This document shows, piece after piece, positions 27,487-42,400 of a stretch of DNA of 64,000 nucleotides (its first letter is position 1; every line of letters begins with the position of its first letter). Origin of the DNA: Chrysomallon squamiferum (lineage: Eukaryota > Animalia > Mollusca). The translations under genes and the position numbers were made by a program. The DNA is taken from assembly GCA_012295275.1 (NCBI GenBank), contig CM022667.1, positions 22,382,001 through 22,446,000 of the forward strand, read 5' to 3'. The notes under the pieces were generated by a model that was not told the DNA's origin, did no database searches, and was given only the letters and a program-made list of their open reading frames with translations.

Positions 27487-30400
27487 AACAAACACAAACG
27501 TTCGTATGTGCTCGCCATGAGTCCATCATCTTGGTTATTAGAAGAAGAGCCATTGCATGATTCTTCACTGTAACAAAGACACGTAGAAGCTGCATTCCGA
27601 GCACAACTCTGCGCTGTGACAGCAATAATTGTAGCTTGTATAAGACTTGGATTGGAATAGAATGCAACGCATGTCTTGAATGCCAGAATCAAAGTTGACG
27701 CTTGCGATTTACATAGCAAAGTCTTCTCCATTTGTCTTTCATAAAGTGGGTCACATGCAAATAAAACATTGGAATCATTCTGTCATGAACATCTTCTCTC
27801 CAAGGTTTTACATACTCACTATTAGATGTGGCTTTGCACACCATCGTCTTTGAATATGAGTTCAGGCAGAACAGGAGTGACATGTTTTTTCACTGTAAGA
27901 AACACACACACACATACCTACTCACTGTTAGATGTGGCTTCGTGCACCATTGTCTTCGAAGAGGAGTTGCAGCAGAACAGGAGTTGCATGTGTTTTCACT
28001 GTAGGAAACACACATGCATTATTTGTAATATTTTAATTAACATACACTTTTAAATTTGATGACATTACTAACTTAATGTGCTTATTCATTTGTTAACACA
28101 GTTTGATAAAGAATAGAGTATCCTTGGACTAATAACTTGATTTAAATATATAACATTTGTCCATCTAATAACAGTTAATATTATATTCTTAAATATTTAT
28201 TCATTAGGAGAATTAATTTTTAAGAATAAATGTTATTTTATTTTTTATTTCTAATTATTTCAGATGTATGATCAGCTTGCATCTTCAGAGATAACTCTTA
28301 TCAATACGGGAAAGGTTGGTTTCCACTTCAATTCCATCAACATGGACCCATCTCTGGCCAAACACCCACCTCCAGGAATTCCTGTTATGATGCCAAATTC
28401 TGTGAGTAACAATGCAACGGAAATAATGTTAAACTGCTGTCTACAAAATTAATTTGATATTAACAAATAAATTAAATTAAAATGACAGTAAAAGGTAAAT
28501 TTCTATTATAAAACAGTATCTTGCTACAGTGAGTTATTATAAAGTAGTCTTTTTGTACCTAATTAAAAATGATTTTTTACATTCAAGACATATATCACAT
28601 AATTATTTTTGCCATCAAACAAGTACATTATTTATCTCATAATATTCATTTCATGAAATTAGAAATGTTTTTTTTTTTTATTTCATTACTTTACTTCCTT
28701 TCTTTTATTCTTTTATTCTTTCATTCCAATTTCTTTCTTTTTATTTCCCAATACAATTAAATTTAAATAATTAATTTATAATACATTATAGATTTCTTAT
28801 TAAATAATTTGAGTATTTTCTAAATAAGTAATTTATAATACACTTTATATTTAATAATAAAGAATTTGAGCATTTTCTAAATTATAGAATTAAAATACAC
28901 TTTACATTAAATATTTACTAAATAAGTAAACTAAAATGTGTTTTAGATTTCATATTAAATTAATTTCAATGATTTTAAACACTTTAAATTTTAAAGAATT
29001 TTATTGGTAGGGATACATTGAACCGATGAGTGAACAGGTTCTTACTGTGAAGTTTCTGCCAGGAATTCCTGAAAAGTTCCACAAGAATTTCCTAATTCAA
29101 GTAGCACACTTTGAGCCAGACAACATCAATTTATATGGTGAGGGCATGTTCCCTAGAATCTCTCTTGACCTTCCACGTCTGGTGGATGAAGAGGGTCATT
29201 ACACTGCCCTGCTGAAAGAAGCTAAAGAATCCTTGATGAAAAATATTAAGAAGAATTCCTGTGGACAGGTAGAATAAATTTGACATCATTGGTGCTTATC
29301 ATTTTATAAATAATGCTAAAAACTAAAATAGAGATCAGTTCATAATATAAGAGAAATTCAAGATCAAATAATATTTCAGATTTTTTAGAATTCATTATTA
29401 ATAATATAGCAATAACAATAATAATAATGACAAATAAAATAACAACAAAACAACATCAAAAATAATAAAAATAATAATATGGAGTCCATGGTTATTTTGT
29501 AAAATCATAATATATCTGATTGTTTTTTTTTAAAACAATTTGATTTTTCATAAATTAGTTATTATCTACAAATCATAATTAAAAATATAGTTTGTTTTTA
29601 GTAGTAGATTATGGTGTTAAAGGCTTACATCATCAGCACAAACACAATAGTTTATTACATTAATATAAAATGTCAGATTTAACTCCTTTTGAAAATGTCA
29701 TTGTCTCATTGTCAGGGAGAACAAGTTATTAATATTAGAACTAGCTTTGGGTTTGGCTGTACTGGAATTTCTTTCTATATTATTTATATTCTGCAGGTTT
29801 TGTTAAAATAAATTGTTTTATGTATTTTTCTGCTTCTCTTAGCTGGAAACAATTCCCTCAGATCTTGAACTTCAGATGGAAATAGAACGTCTGGCTGTGA
29901 GAAACTTTGCATTACAACTGCAGCATGAGATGTCATGGCTAGAGGGGGTCAACATGCTGCCTGACAGCAACACCAGCCACCACAGTCAGACAACAGCAGA
30001 ACCTAAACAAGGAAAAAAGAAACATAAACTCAAGTTTGTGATGATACTTTCAATTTAAAATCTCTTCCCAGTTTCAGGACCTCATTTAGAACAGAAATAC
30101 TTTTATATTTTGATTAATCTATAATTGATATAGGTCTATTTTGTTAACATCTGTATAATGCTTAATGTGCAGTTACTAATCTGTAATAAAAAATAAATTA
30201 TAAAATTTAAAAAACTGAACATGTTAAATATATTTTCATATCTATTATTTCAGGGCCCAGCTACCAGAATATGTTCTTGATTTTGGCTATGTTGTGCTTG
30301 GAACAGTGAGAACTCATGTGGTTCATGCCACAAACACTGGACCATTTCCTGTTTCATTCCAAGTGGAACATGAAGATTTGAGAAGTCACGGGTTTTATGT

Positions 30401-33400
30401 AGAACTTGACAGAGTCAGAGACTTGCCTGGTGCACCTGACTACGAGACTGTAGATTTTGTTGTCAGCTTTGACCCACGAGGAGCCAATCTACAGTTGGGA
30501 CCAGTGGAGACTGTTGTAAATATAAAGGTTAGAAGAGCTATGGCAGATAATAACATTCAGTAACAAGTAATTCTCCTTGCATTTATAATTATGGATACTG
30601 ACAAATGAAATATCTTACATGCTTTTTATCTGATATATCTTCAGTTACTTATGTCAAATTGAAAGTACTTAGATCTTACTGCTGCATAAGTTATTTTTCA
30701 TAAATCAGAAGAAATATAATTCCTGGTCAGATATATTAAAACTCAACTTACTGAACAGATACTGGAAGTTAATAGCTCTAGCATTTCTTTTTAATAATGA
30801 AACTCAATTCAATGAAAGTTGTATAACCTGAGTTATAATGTCAATTTAATATATATATATATAAAAGTGTAGGTTGTTGTTGCTTCTGAAATAAACAAAA
30901 GTTACTATTCTATATATGTAAACTGTTGGCTGATATTACTTCAGATTATGAATGGTCCAGCAGTGTTTATCAACCTGAAAGCCATTGTGACAATGCCAGA
31001 CATGGAAATCTCTGATGATGTGTTGATGTTTAATGCAGTCCGCTGCGGCGAGTGTAAAGTCGTCACTGTACAACTACACAATCATCAACATGTACCATGT
31101 GAATGGAACTCTTTACCTCTCAACAAAGATCGCAAAAATGTAAGATTTAAAACATAATATGAATATAATTTGATGATTTGGTAATTAGAAAGTTCAAATA
31201 ATAAATCTAGGCTTTAGATTTATAATTTTGATTTATAATTTAGATTTATATTTAGTGTTCAGAATTTATTTAGTTTTATTTTGGCTGTAAATGTTTTTAC
31301 ATTAATGAATAAAAAAGATATCTAAATTTTTCTGGTTTTTAATGTTAGTAAAAAAATAAAAACATATTAAACATTTTATAAAGTTCATATATTATTATTA
31401 TCATCATCATCATTATTATTATTATCCAATATAGAAATGATTAAATTTCAATATAAAATTATCACTCAGGCTGAAAAGCATGTCCCGATGCATTTACGCC
31501 GAAAGTTGCGCCATGAGAAGAAGAAACCACTGCACTTTGAAATGATGCCACCAACAGGAGTGTTGATGCCAGGACAGAGAACCAATGTACAAGTGAAGTT
31601 CATGCCAACAGAGGAGGTACAAATTAGATAAAATTATCTCAAAACACAAATAGGAAATAATAATCCAAATAAAATTAAACTTCCTTCTGATATTTGAAGC
31701 TGTCTTATTCATTTAGAAACCAGCTATTTCTTTTTTTTAATCAAATTAAGTTTGTTATTTCATATCTATGGTGAGGTATATTCTAGCTGGTAAGATGGTG
31801 TGATGACAGTGGTAAAAAACATTTTGTATTACCATTACTCAGTTAAAATTGAAAAGTCATTGTGTTAAATATTCACTCATTATTTATTGACTCATTTATT
31901 CTAGTATTTTGTATTTTTAATTATATTTTTCAATCCATTATAATATAACTTAAAATTTTAAGCAAATTGCTGCACACAAATTGTTTTCTCTTAGAAACCT
32001 TAGTGTAACTGAAGTTTAATAACATCTTATTTGTTCATTATCATTTAATTTGATCGCTCATTATTTATGAGTCTTCTTGTATGAATTTAATAACAGTTAT
32101 ATAATTATAACTTTAACAATCTTCTATTATTTACAGAAATTTTATGAACACAGAATTTCAATTCGGATAGCACAGAGCAGTCAGAGGATTCTACTTTTAT
32201 GCAGAGGTCAAGGTCTCGAGCCCCGTCTTGAGTTTGATCACAGCCTGGTGGAATTTGGACCGATTCTGCCTCACAGTAGTGGAGATGAACAGGACATTAT
32301 TGTGAAAAACCCATGTAGCTTTCCAATAGAGTTCTACAACCTTGAGTTTGACTCAAATTACTTAGAAGAAGAAAAAGTAAATGAAGATCATTTTCTTACA
32401 TAGAATATATATGAAAAAGTTTTTCTTTTTGTTATATAAATGTTTTAAAAGTAATTTAAGATTTTGTATTGCAAACTACAATGTTAGGTTGACAAGATAA
32501 CCCACACTTATATATATTATGCTACAGTAACAGTGATGTATTTATGCTTGTTACAATAACATTGTTAAATAATATTGTTATATGAGACAGATGTTAAATT
32601 AACGCTGTTACCAGCATTTTATATGTTAAAATGAGATTTTTATTATGTGGTAACTTACAATATTTCTTTTATATTTTATATTACAATTTCACTGTTGGTG
32701 TTTGTATTGATATGTTATATTACAATAATAATGTTATACCATAACAGGTTCTCCGACTGATGAAAGGTTATGATGAATACCAAACAATTCTTCTGCCTCC
32801 TCGTGGACCTGGAGAAAAACTTCCAATAGAACTGTTGGAATACTATGAAGGTAAAAATACATAACTCTTTCTTATCTCCATAGCCAAAGTTAATTAATTC
32901 ATTGTATTAATATAAAAATTCTTGGACATATTTAATCTGGTTCACTGCTCAGCATAGTATCTATGTTAATATGTTAGTGAAATGTAATGCACGTCTAATC
33001 CTGGGATTGATTTTTGTAACTGTCATTCTTGAAACAGAGCTGAGTATATCAATATATTTTTCAGTTAGTACATTATTTTTCATTCAACAAAATGACCTGA
33101 AACAAATATTATTTTTGAGCAATCATATATGTGTATATATATGAATGTTACAATCATTCTGTGAAAGAAGTCATTTTGTATAATGCCTTAAGTCTAATAA
33201 AATAAAATTAATAAATATATAAAAACAACATTAACATTTTTTTTACATTGTTTCTAAACATATATTCTGTTCTTATTCAAATAAAAGAGAAATTGATTTT
33301 GAAAACTAAATAGATTATGAAATTGTGTTAATTGTAGTATATAAAATGTTGGTAACAGTTACTTTAACATTTATATCATGTAACACTGTTCCAGAACAAA

Positions 33401-34619
33401 TGAAAAAGTTGGAAGAGGAAGAAGCAAAGGAAAGAGAAACAGAAGCAGCAGCCATGTCAACAAGAAATGAACAGGATGGCACTGACAAAGAAGGTTTGGT
33501 GGACTTTCCTTCTTCTTGTTTTTAAAATTATTATTACTACTATCATCATTATTGTTATTCTTGTTATTACTTTTATTATTTTAATTATTGTTGTTATTGT
33601 TGATGTTATTATTACTGATACTGTTGTTTTATTAATAGTATTGTTAATGTTATTGTTGTTGTTGTTATTATTATTATTATTAGTAGTAGTAGTAATATTA
33701 TTAGTTATCTTGTAAGAAATCATCCATAATAATTTTTTGTTATTTTAACAGGTGAAGGCATTGATGAATCATTCAGAGATGGTGAATCAGAAATGAAGAC
33801 TGACACTGTACCAGCTATGACAACAACAGCACCATCACGAAACGAAACACCAAAAGAACAAAATAAAGAAATGTCAACTGATGATGACAACATGTCATTA
33901 GATGGTCAGTTTGGAATTAAATAATTAATTTGTATTTTGATACAAAATATTTAATTATTATCTGATATTTTTAAAATAATAAACTTTTAAACATAATTTT
34001 GTTAAGTATCATGAAACAAAGGATAAATAATGTAGATAAATGTAGATATATTGTTTAAAAAAAAATTGGAAAAATTAAATTTGTGTGTATTTTTTTTAAC
34101 TTATCAAATGTTTTTGCATTCTTAGCCAGAAACAATTTAATCAGATCTTGCATTTCAAAAGGAACTTTAAATCAAATTATCTTGCAAAGGACACTAACAA
34201 GTTTTTGAAGTTAACAGAAAAATCTTTGATCTGAAATGTTTTATTTATTTATTTATTTATTAAGTTATCAAGGATTAAATTTCACAAACTTACATTTCAC
34301 ATACTAATAAGTTAATAATCATTTTTATTTTAAAGAGAAGAAAGATCAGATTAGCAGCGCTGGTGTAGGAGAGCTGGAGATTACACCAGTCTCTGCAGCC
34401 ATTGCCCGCCATCTTGGAATTGACCTAACACCTGAGGGTAAAGCAGCTCGAAACAGACGTGGAATTGCTATCATTGTACATGGAGCACCAATGTCAGGTG
34501 AGTTGTTTTGATTTCTGATATTCTGCATCTTCTCTTGTATGTAGAAATAATTGCTATGATTTCCTTATTATTATTATTATTATTATTGTTATTATTATAA
34601 GTAGTAGTAGTAGTAGTAA

Positions 34620-34663
<44 letters not shown>

Positions 34664-36462
34664 GTAATAGTAGTAGCAGTAGTATTAGCAGTAGTATTAG
34701 TATCATAATAGTTATTATTATTTAATTATTTGTTATTATTGTGTTTTTGTTGTTTGTTGTTGTTTTTGTAGTTAATATTTTTATCATTCATTGATGGAAC
34801 TCTCCCTATGGCTTAAAATAAATATATTATTTTTATTTCAGGTAAAACTAGCACAGCTGTCAAACTGGCCAAAAGGTATAAAGCAGCAATTCTTACTGTT
34901 GATGGGGTTGTCATGGAGTCCATCTCCAATGGCAACACTGTTGCTGGTAAGAAGGCCAGAGAACTGTGTCAGGAAGCTGCAAGGAAAGCTGAAGAATTGA
35001 AATGTCTGGATGGTGAGGATGGAGAAAAGAAGATGATGGCTGGAGGTCTCAGTGTGGAGGCTGTCACAGCTCACACTCAAGGTGTTGGTATGTGTGTTAA
35101 AAATAATTATTTTTGAACAACTACTGAGATAGGAGCATATGTGTGTGTGTTTCTCTGCACATGTGAGTTTGTATCTGTACGTGTGTGTTAAGTGTGAGTG
35201 GCTGTCAGTGTATGTGTAAGTGTATCTGAATATATTAAATATTAATTTAAATAACACTTAATCATTTTTTCTGTAAAATATTAATTCTATTTAACACTTG
35301 TTTTAAATAATTCTTTCATTCCGAATTTAAACATTTAAAAATGTGCTGCTAACTGATTATAAAACATCTAAAAGGTGTTATTTATATTATATTATATATT
35401 AGCTGGTAGTGGGGTTCAGGGGAGCAATCGCAAGACAAGCACAATCACAGATTCAAAGACAAAGGACAAACATCATGGTGGCAGTATCCTTGGGGTGAAG
35501 ACAGCAGTGAACACATCATCTGTAGAGGGAGGAACAGGAAGTCAGGTTTGTTAATGTACTGATATATATGTTAGATATGCTTTAACTATAACCATACAAA
35601 AATGTTGATCTTGTTGTATTTCAGAATGTTAATTTTGTTTATGTCTCAGAATGCTTTTTATCATAAATATGAGTAGATTATGAGTATATTTAAATAAATT
35701 GACTGTAGTATGATTTATTTTAATTATTTGGAAATCATTATTGAATGCTTTTTTCATAACTTTTATGGTTGAGAGAAAATTGCACTCAAAATCTGATAAC
35801 GAGAAATCAAATAAAGATTAATAAATATTCAATCATATTCATCTATAATTTTGTTTAACTACTGTTTATTTCAGAAGGTGAATTACTGAAATATCTTATG
35901 CCAGCTATTCCATACATTAACATAATCCATTATCTGCTTCAGTTTAAGTTTGTTATATGCAGGTTCCAAGCAGTCCTCCACCTCTTGTTGCCCCTGTAGC
36001 TCGTCGTCTTAGCATCAGTGCCAGTGTTGCTGGAGAGGAAGGACTCATGAGTTGTTTGTTACCTGAGGAACTTCTTGTTGATATTCTAGCAGAGAGAATG
36101 CAAGTAAGTGTGATTCATTGATGTAATGATTAACATTTCTCTAGTAATCATTTTTATTAATATTCTAATGATCAGATGCAAGCTTTAATTATGATTTATT
36201 TCAGAAATATATAATCATTACATTAATTTAAATTTTGGACAGATGCAAGCTAGTGGATTTAATGTCATACTCATTGTTATAAAGATTTATCTTCGAGTAA
36301 TTTAACGTTCAGATTCTAGCACAGATAATGCATGTTAGTATAACATTTTAAACTTTTTGTGTATAATTTACTTTAATATAACTGTCAATTTGGCAACCTG
36401 ATAAAATGTACAGATATTGTGTTTTTATAGTCTCACTCACACACACACACACACACACACAG

Positions 36463-36498
<36 letters not shown>

Positions 36499-39400
36499 TA
36501 TTTTTTACATCATGTTATATTATTTCACAGCTGGATGACTGTCATCGTGGAGTTGTGTTTGATGGTCTGGAGACACTGTTTTCTATGAATGTCCTCACAA
36601 CAGCCAATGCCATCCTCAAAGCTTTCAACAACAGACGATTCATCTTCTTTGTCACACTTAAACTTGACTACAACATACTGAAAGAGCAAGAGAAGAAAGA
36701 GTTTGAAGAAAAGGGTATTCTTACATCACAGTGAAAAATTAACACTGTTAATAATCAATAAAAATACATGTAAACCTAATAAACAATATGAGTAAAACTA
36801 ATAAGCAACATAAATAAAATTATATAAATAATCAGAATAAATAAAATAAATAAAACAAATAAAAATGTCATATAAACAAATAGTATACGAATAAATGATA
36901 AATAATTAGTATATCAATACTTCAGAAATAATAAAATATAATATTTCAGTATACTAAAGAAATTATAATCTTATGCTAAAACCAACTGTATCAAATATGA
37001 AAATACTAAAATAGAATTATGCAACCTATAGCAGTTAATGAAATGATATAACTAAACATTTTTTAACTTTTGAGAAGGACTTTTATAACACTGTTAATTG
37101 AAATGCTATAGCAAGACTGTCTTGTTAATATGAAAATATATATATATATATATATGTGCTAAAGTAGTGAGTTAACTAAATGAATAGATCAACCTTTTAA
37201 AAGTATAAATCTTATTTTTTGATGTTGCAGAGCAATTGCCTTGTCAAATACTACAAAGTAATTTACTAAACAGATAACCTTTTTAAAAATACAAACCTAT
37301 AATAGAATTTTGTTTGAAATATTACAGAGCAATTGGCAAAGCAGGCAGAAGAAGCAGAGAGACAGAGATTGGAGGAGATGTCAGAAGATGAGTACGATGC
37401 ACTCAGTGAACAGGAGAAAGCTTATGTTGATAAAAAAAGACTGGAAATAAAGAAACTCAGAATTAAAAAGTAATTTATTTTCTTTATTAACTAAAATACA
37501 ATCAGACATCTGTAAAACCAATGGTTGTTTGTTAATATTTGTGGTCTAGACAATATAACTTACTAAAAAAATTACTGAATAATTTTTGGACATTTTTGTT
37601 TACTGTATTATACTTTTATCAAATTTAAATTTGGAGTTTTGAATAAAAATAATATTTTTTGATAGGATTATTTTTCTTTTCTTTATGCAGAGAGCTGGAG
37701 GAGAAAGCTGAAAGAGAAAAAAGAGAAAGAGAACAAAAAGAAGAAGAAGCAAAAAGACAGGAGGAGGAAGCGTATGTAACTGTTAATAATATAAACTTAT
37801 TTTTAGTCATTTTTATTTACTGAATTTTACTTATCTATACTATTAAACAAATTATGGTTGTTAGCTAAGATCACTTAGTCCCTTAATCTGTATGATTTAT
37901 AGTCATATAAAAATAAATATTCATATACTTTTTCTTTTTTTTCTTTTTTTTTTAATAAGGATTTTACAGGAATATATTTTTCAACTTGCACAAATATTGA
38001 ATATTTTTTTAGAGGTTACAAGTCGTTTTAGTAAGAATGGATATGTTTTTAATTATTAAGATTATTAAAGTGAAAAAACTAAAATTTCCATTCAGAAAAA
38101 ACAAGAAAAATAAAAGAAACAAGGGAGGGCAGCAAGAGACTAAAGAGAAGGACAAAAAGACTGCACAGGCTGGGCGCAACACAGCTCAGCCAGGTTCTGA
38201 CAGAGTGGGACAAAAGTCTCAGAGTGGGGCTAGACAACATGACGGTGACCATGCAGGCAAAGCTGTATCAAGTATTGAACGTCCAGAGTCTCATCATACA
38301 GAGAAAAGTGACACACAGATGGATGATATGAAGTATGTAGTGACTTTTGTTTGATTAGAATGGCATTACTATACAAACACTTATTATTATATTGTTATAA
38401 TAATGTATTTTTATCATCCACATCTTCATTATGTGAAGCATTATTAAAATATAAAAATGTTGGTGAATTATTTGCAAACATATAATTACTTATTTTGATT
38501 AACATAACAAAAGTAACTATTAATATATTAGTCATGTATTACATATTAAATTATATCTGTACTATTTATTTTTTATGTACACTACATGATTAAATAAATT
38601 AGTGTTGAAACATTTATATACTAACATAGTGTATTTTTTATGTCACATTGGTATATTTATTATCATTGAAATACAAATATTATTATTTATTTACTTAATT
38701 AACTCTTGTAAAATTAGATGATCTTTATAAAACTTTATTTATATTCTTCATGACAGGGATTTGTGAGATTTGTTTTGGTTCACTTTATTTATTTTATTAT
38801 TTTTATATTTAATTATTTTCTTTTTCTTTTAAAAATGGCATTAATAATGATTTAAGAGTGGGCTTTGTTATAGTCTTTTTTATTTATTTCTATCTTTTTT
38901 CTTTTTCTTTTTTAAAAAGGGTTTAATGGAAAATGTATTTATATGATTAGACAAAAAAGTACTTGATCTAAATAACATATGCCAATAAAATAAAATATAA
39001 AAGTAAAAAATGGACTAAATTTGATAATATATTTAATTGTCTAAATGGAGGTTTTCTTTCACATATGAAAATGGCTACTTAATAAAAATCTAACTTTGTT
39101 TTGCTTACAGGAGAAAGAAGAGTACAAAAGATATAAAGATTATCAAAGGTAAGGAGACAGAGGGGCAGGTTGTAGCAGGCCAACAAGATGATCAGGTGAG
39201 GGATCCTGCTAAAGAGGCAGAACTGCTCCTCATTCAGAGATTCCGGACGTTTGAACATCTCCAGAATGATCTCTGCTATCTCCTGGAATTCTGGGACAGA
39301 ACATCCCTGCAGGTCAAACGTCCAGTGACACCATCTGAAAAATCTGATGATGATGGAGGTCAGCATCCTCCCTCAGGAAAGAAGGGAAAGGGTAAAGGTA

Positions 39401-42400
39401 AGTTTGAACTATAGTGTTATAAGATTATTCAGTCATTATAAAATACTAAGAAATATAATTGTAACAGTGTGATTACATTCTATAATATTATGATTAGGTA
39501 GCTATTTTGGTAACACTGGTGATGCTGATTTATTCTTCAACAGTGTAGGTTGCAGTATTATATTCTGTAATACCAAAGTTATGCTGTTATATTCTGTAAC
39601 AAAGGTCTTGTTATATTTTGTTATGCAGTAGTTATACTGATTAATTGTGGTATGCTGTTTCAGAAAAACATGACAAAGAAAAGGAAAAAGAAAAAGAGAA
39701 ACAGAGGCAGCTAGAAAAAGAAATGGCAGAGAAAGCTGCCAAAGAGGTAAAAATTACACAAATAATAATAATAAATAAATAAATAATTAAATAAATAAAT
39801 ATAATCTTAATATTAAAAAGTGATTTTATCTGTTCATTATCATTTCAAGCTCATATTGAATAATATTTATCATCATGTTTGTTTTTACTCTTTTTTATTC
39901 TTTTTTATTCTTTTTTATGCTATTATATTTAATAAAAATTGCCATAAAATGCAAATTAATATTTTTATAAATTTTTTCTTTAATCTCTTGTAATAAAATA
40001 TTAATAAAGTTTCTTTCTGTATATGAAGGCAGCCATGGCTGCTGCTATGCAGGGAGAGGAAGGGGAGAGCACTGATGCAGATAAAAAGGATGAAGATGGT
40101 ATTGGTATTCCTCATCTTCTCATTGACTGTGCAGACAAATCTACTGAACCTGGAGAGAAAATTTTCAATACAGGACGTCTCCCAACAGTAGAACAGGTAA
40201 CTTTTTCATATCTTAAATCAACTCATACCAGACAAATTATTGTGTGAGTATATGTGTTTGTGTTTGTCTGTCTTTGCACATGAGTGCATGAGCATACAAG
40301 AGAGGGAGAGAGGATTATTACAAAAGTTAAATATTAGTTAAAATTTTCATATTTTCTTATTTTTCAGTTTAAACTATGGGTTAAAGTATTATTACGGTTA
40401 TAATGTTCTATATTTAACAGATTACACCATAACAACTACTAATGACCATTTTACTATTTAATCTAGGTGTTAGATGGACTTGGACTTGGTCCTCATGGTC
40501 CACCAATCCCACCTCCTGCTGAGTTTGCTGTTGTACCATACCCTGTAAAAAGAAGAGCACCTCCTATCTCTGAGTTTGGAGGAAGATACACATTTGTAGC
40601 TTCATCAATAGATGATCTGTAAGTTAATCACATCATCATTTGTTTTCACTAATTATTATCATTCACTTTATTTGATTTATTTTCTTGTTTCTTGAAAGTT
40701 CTTTTTAAATGAAGTCTGGATTATTTTAATTGGTGTCAGTTGTACTTATCAGCATGGTCAGACTTCTTAGCTCCTTACATCCATAATCATATTTTAGATC
40801 TTTGTTATGATGTTATGACAAACCTTGTTAAACATCTCATAGATTTATGGATGTACTAGCAAACAAACTGAAAGTAACATAGCACCCTACTCACTGTCAC
40901 AATTTATTCACAATTAACAAATCATAGGTACATGTAATCAAGAGCAGATATAGAAATAAACATCAGTCTCTGTGAAATGTCTAGTCAACTGCAAGCAAAA
41001 TGCTGGCAAATTGAACTTTTGTTAAAATCCAAAATTAATTTAATATGGGATTCTGAATCTGTACCCAAATTTAAATCAGAAACAGCTGACAAATTTGGAA
41101 TCAGCTTGTCATCAGTATGAGATATTTTAAAGAAAAAGAACAAATATTATTTTGAATATGAAAAGAATGCATGTAGTGGGGAAATGAAATGTGAAATATC
41201 ATGCAAACATCTTCTAAAAACCATGTTCTGTTCAAATCAGAAATTTTAAGGTGGTGATCTGGTTGTGTGTGTGTGTGTGTGTGTGTGGATATGTGCATAT
41301 ATATATATATATATATATATAGATATATAAGTATATGCATGTATATATAAATTCTTATGTAAATGCATATATATATATAAGTATATGCATATGTATGGAT
41401 ATGAATAAATGTATACTTACATATATCTGTGTAAATAAATGTATGTGTATGTATGTATATATACATTTACATACATATATACATACATACATATATAGAT
41501 GTATGTATGTATGTATATACACATGCATACTCACATATACACTCACACACACACACACACGTTTTTTCTGTATATATTTCAGAAATGTTGGGGTTGAAGA
41601 GAAATGTAAAGATGACACTATGGATGAAGAAAAATCAGTAACGCCAGACAAACAAAAGGATGACCACCTGACCCCAACAAAGATCAAAGGTAAAGCTGCA
41701 GACAAACAGAAAACATCAGGGTCTGAGAAGGAGAGGAGAAGGAGTGCAGATCGTAAGAAGATGTCTCGGAGGGGATCAGCACAGGTCCCCTCCCCTCCAC
41801 CAGGCATTACCACCCCCACTTCAGATGTTGATGGAATGAGGTAAAGAAAAATACTTTTTTTTTGTCTTTTTTCAGTTAGCTAAGTCTGAATTTTGAGCAT
41901 TAGAAGTTATGATAGAATGGGTTTTTTATTTTTATTATTAGTTTTTTTAATTTATTTTTTGGTGTTGGGCTTTTTATTTTGTTTTTCTAATTAATAAATC
42001 TCATTGAAAAATAACTTAATAATGTTGTAATATTTAAACAACTGAAAGAGAATGTCAGTTAAATACCACATTACCAATTAAAATTACTTAATGTCAGTGC
42101 AGATATAGAAACAAATTATTTAATGTCAATGCTGGTTAAAAATACACTTTATTTGATGTCAATGTAATTCACTATGTGACTTGCAGTTTAGCTGGTGATG
42201 GGCCAGCTCTGACTGAGCCCAGATCTAACAAGTAAGTATACTAGTACACATTCTTTTACTACTTCGTACACTATTCTTTGTCTAACACAGTGAGCTTTGT
42301 CACATATGTGCTAACTGGCTTTGTGATTAATATATCACAAAGCTAAACAACAGACATAATCATAGAAAAATTATAGAAAAATAGATAAATGGTTAATGAT

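Noticed and set aside
29716-29796. In-frame 81-nt segment ([12 protein letters not shown]...) between AG and GT in intron 27
   Set aside because: It would leave a 46-nt downstream intron, the donor is weak, the 3' half looks intronic, and it is not needed for frame.
31201-31223. 9-bp inverted repeat ATAAATCTA/TAGATTTAT
   Set aside because: Short and AT-only, expected by chance at this composition.
33457-33723. ORFs with poly-L/I/V or poly-N/T (also 12499-12690, 41101-41466, 46490-46941, 55241-55423)
   Set aside because: These are translations of microsatellites inside introns or the promoter interval.
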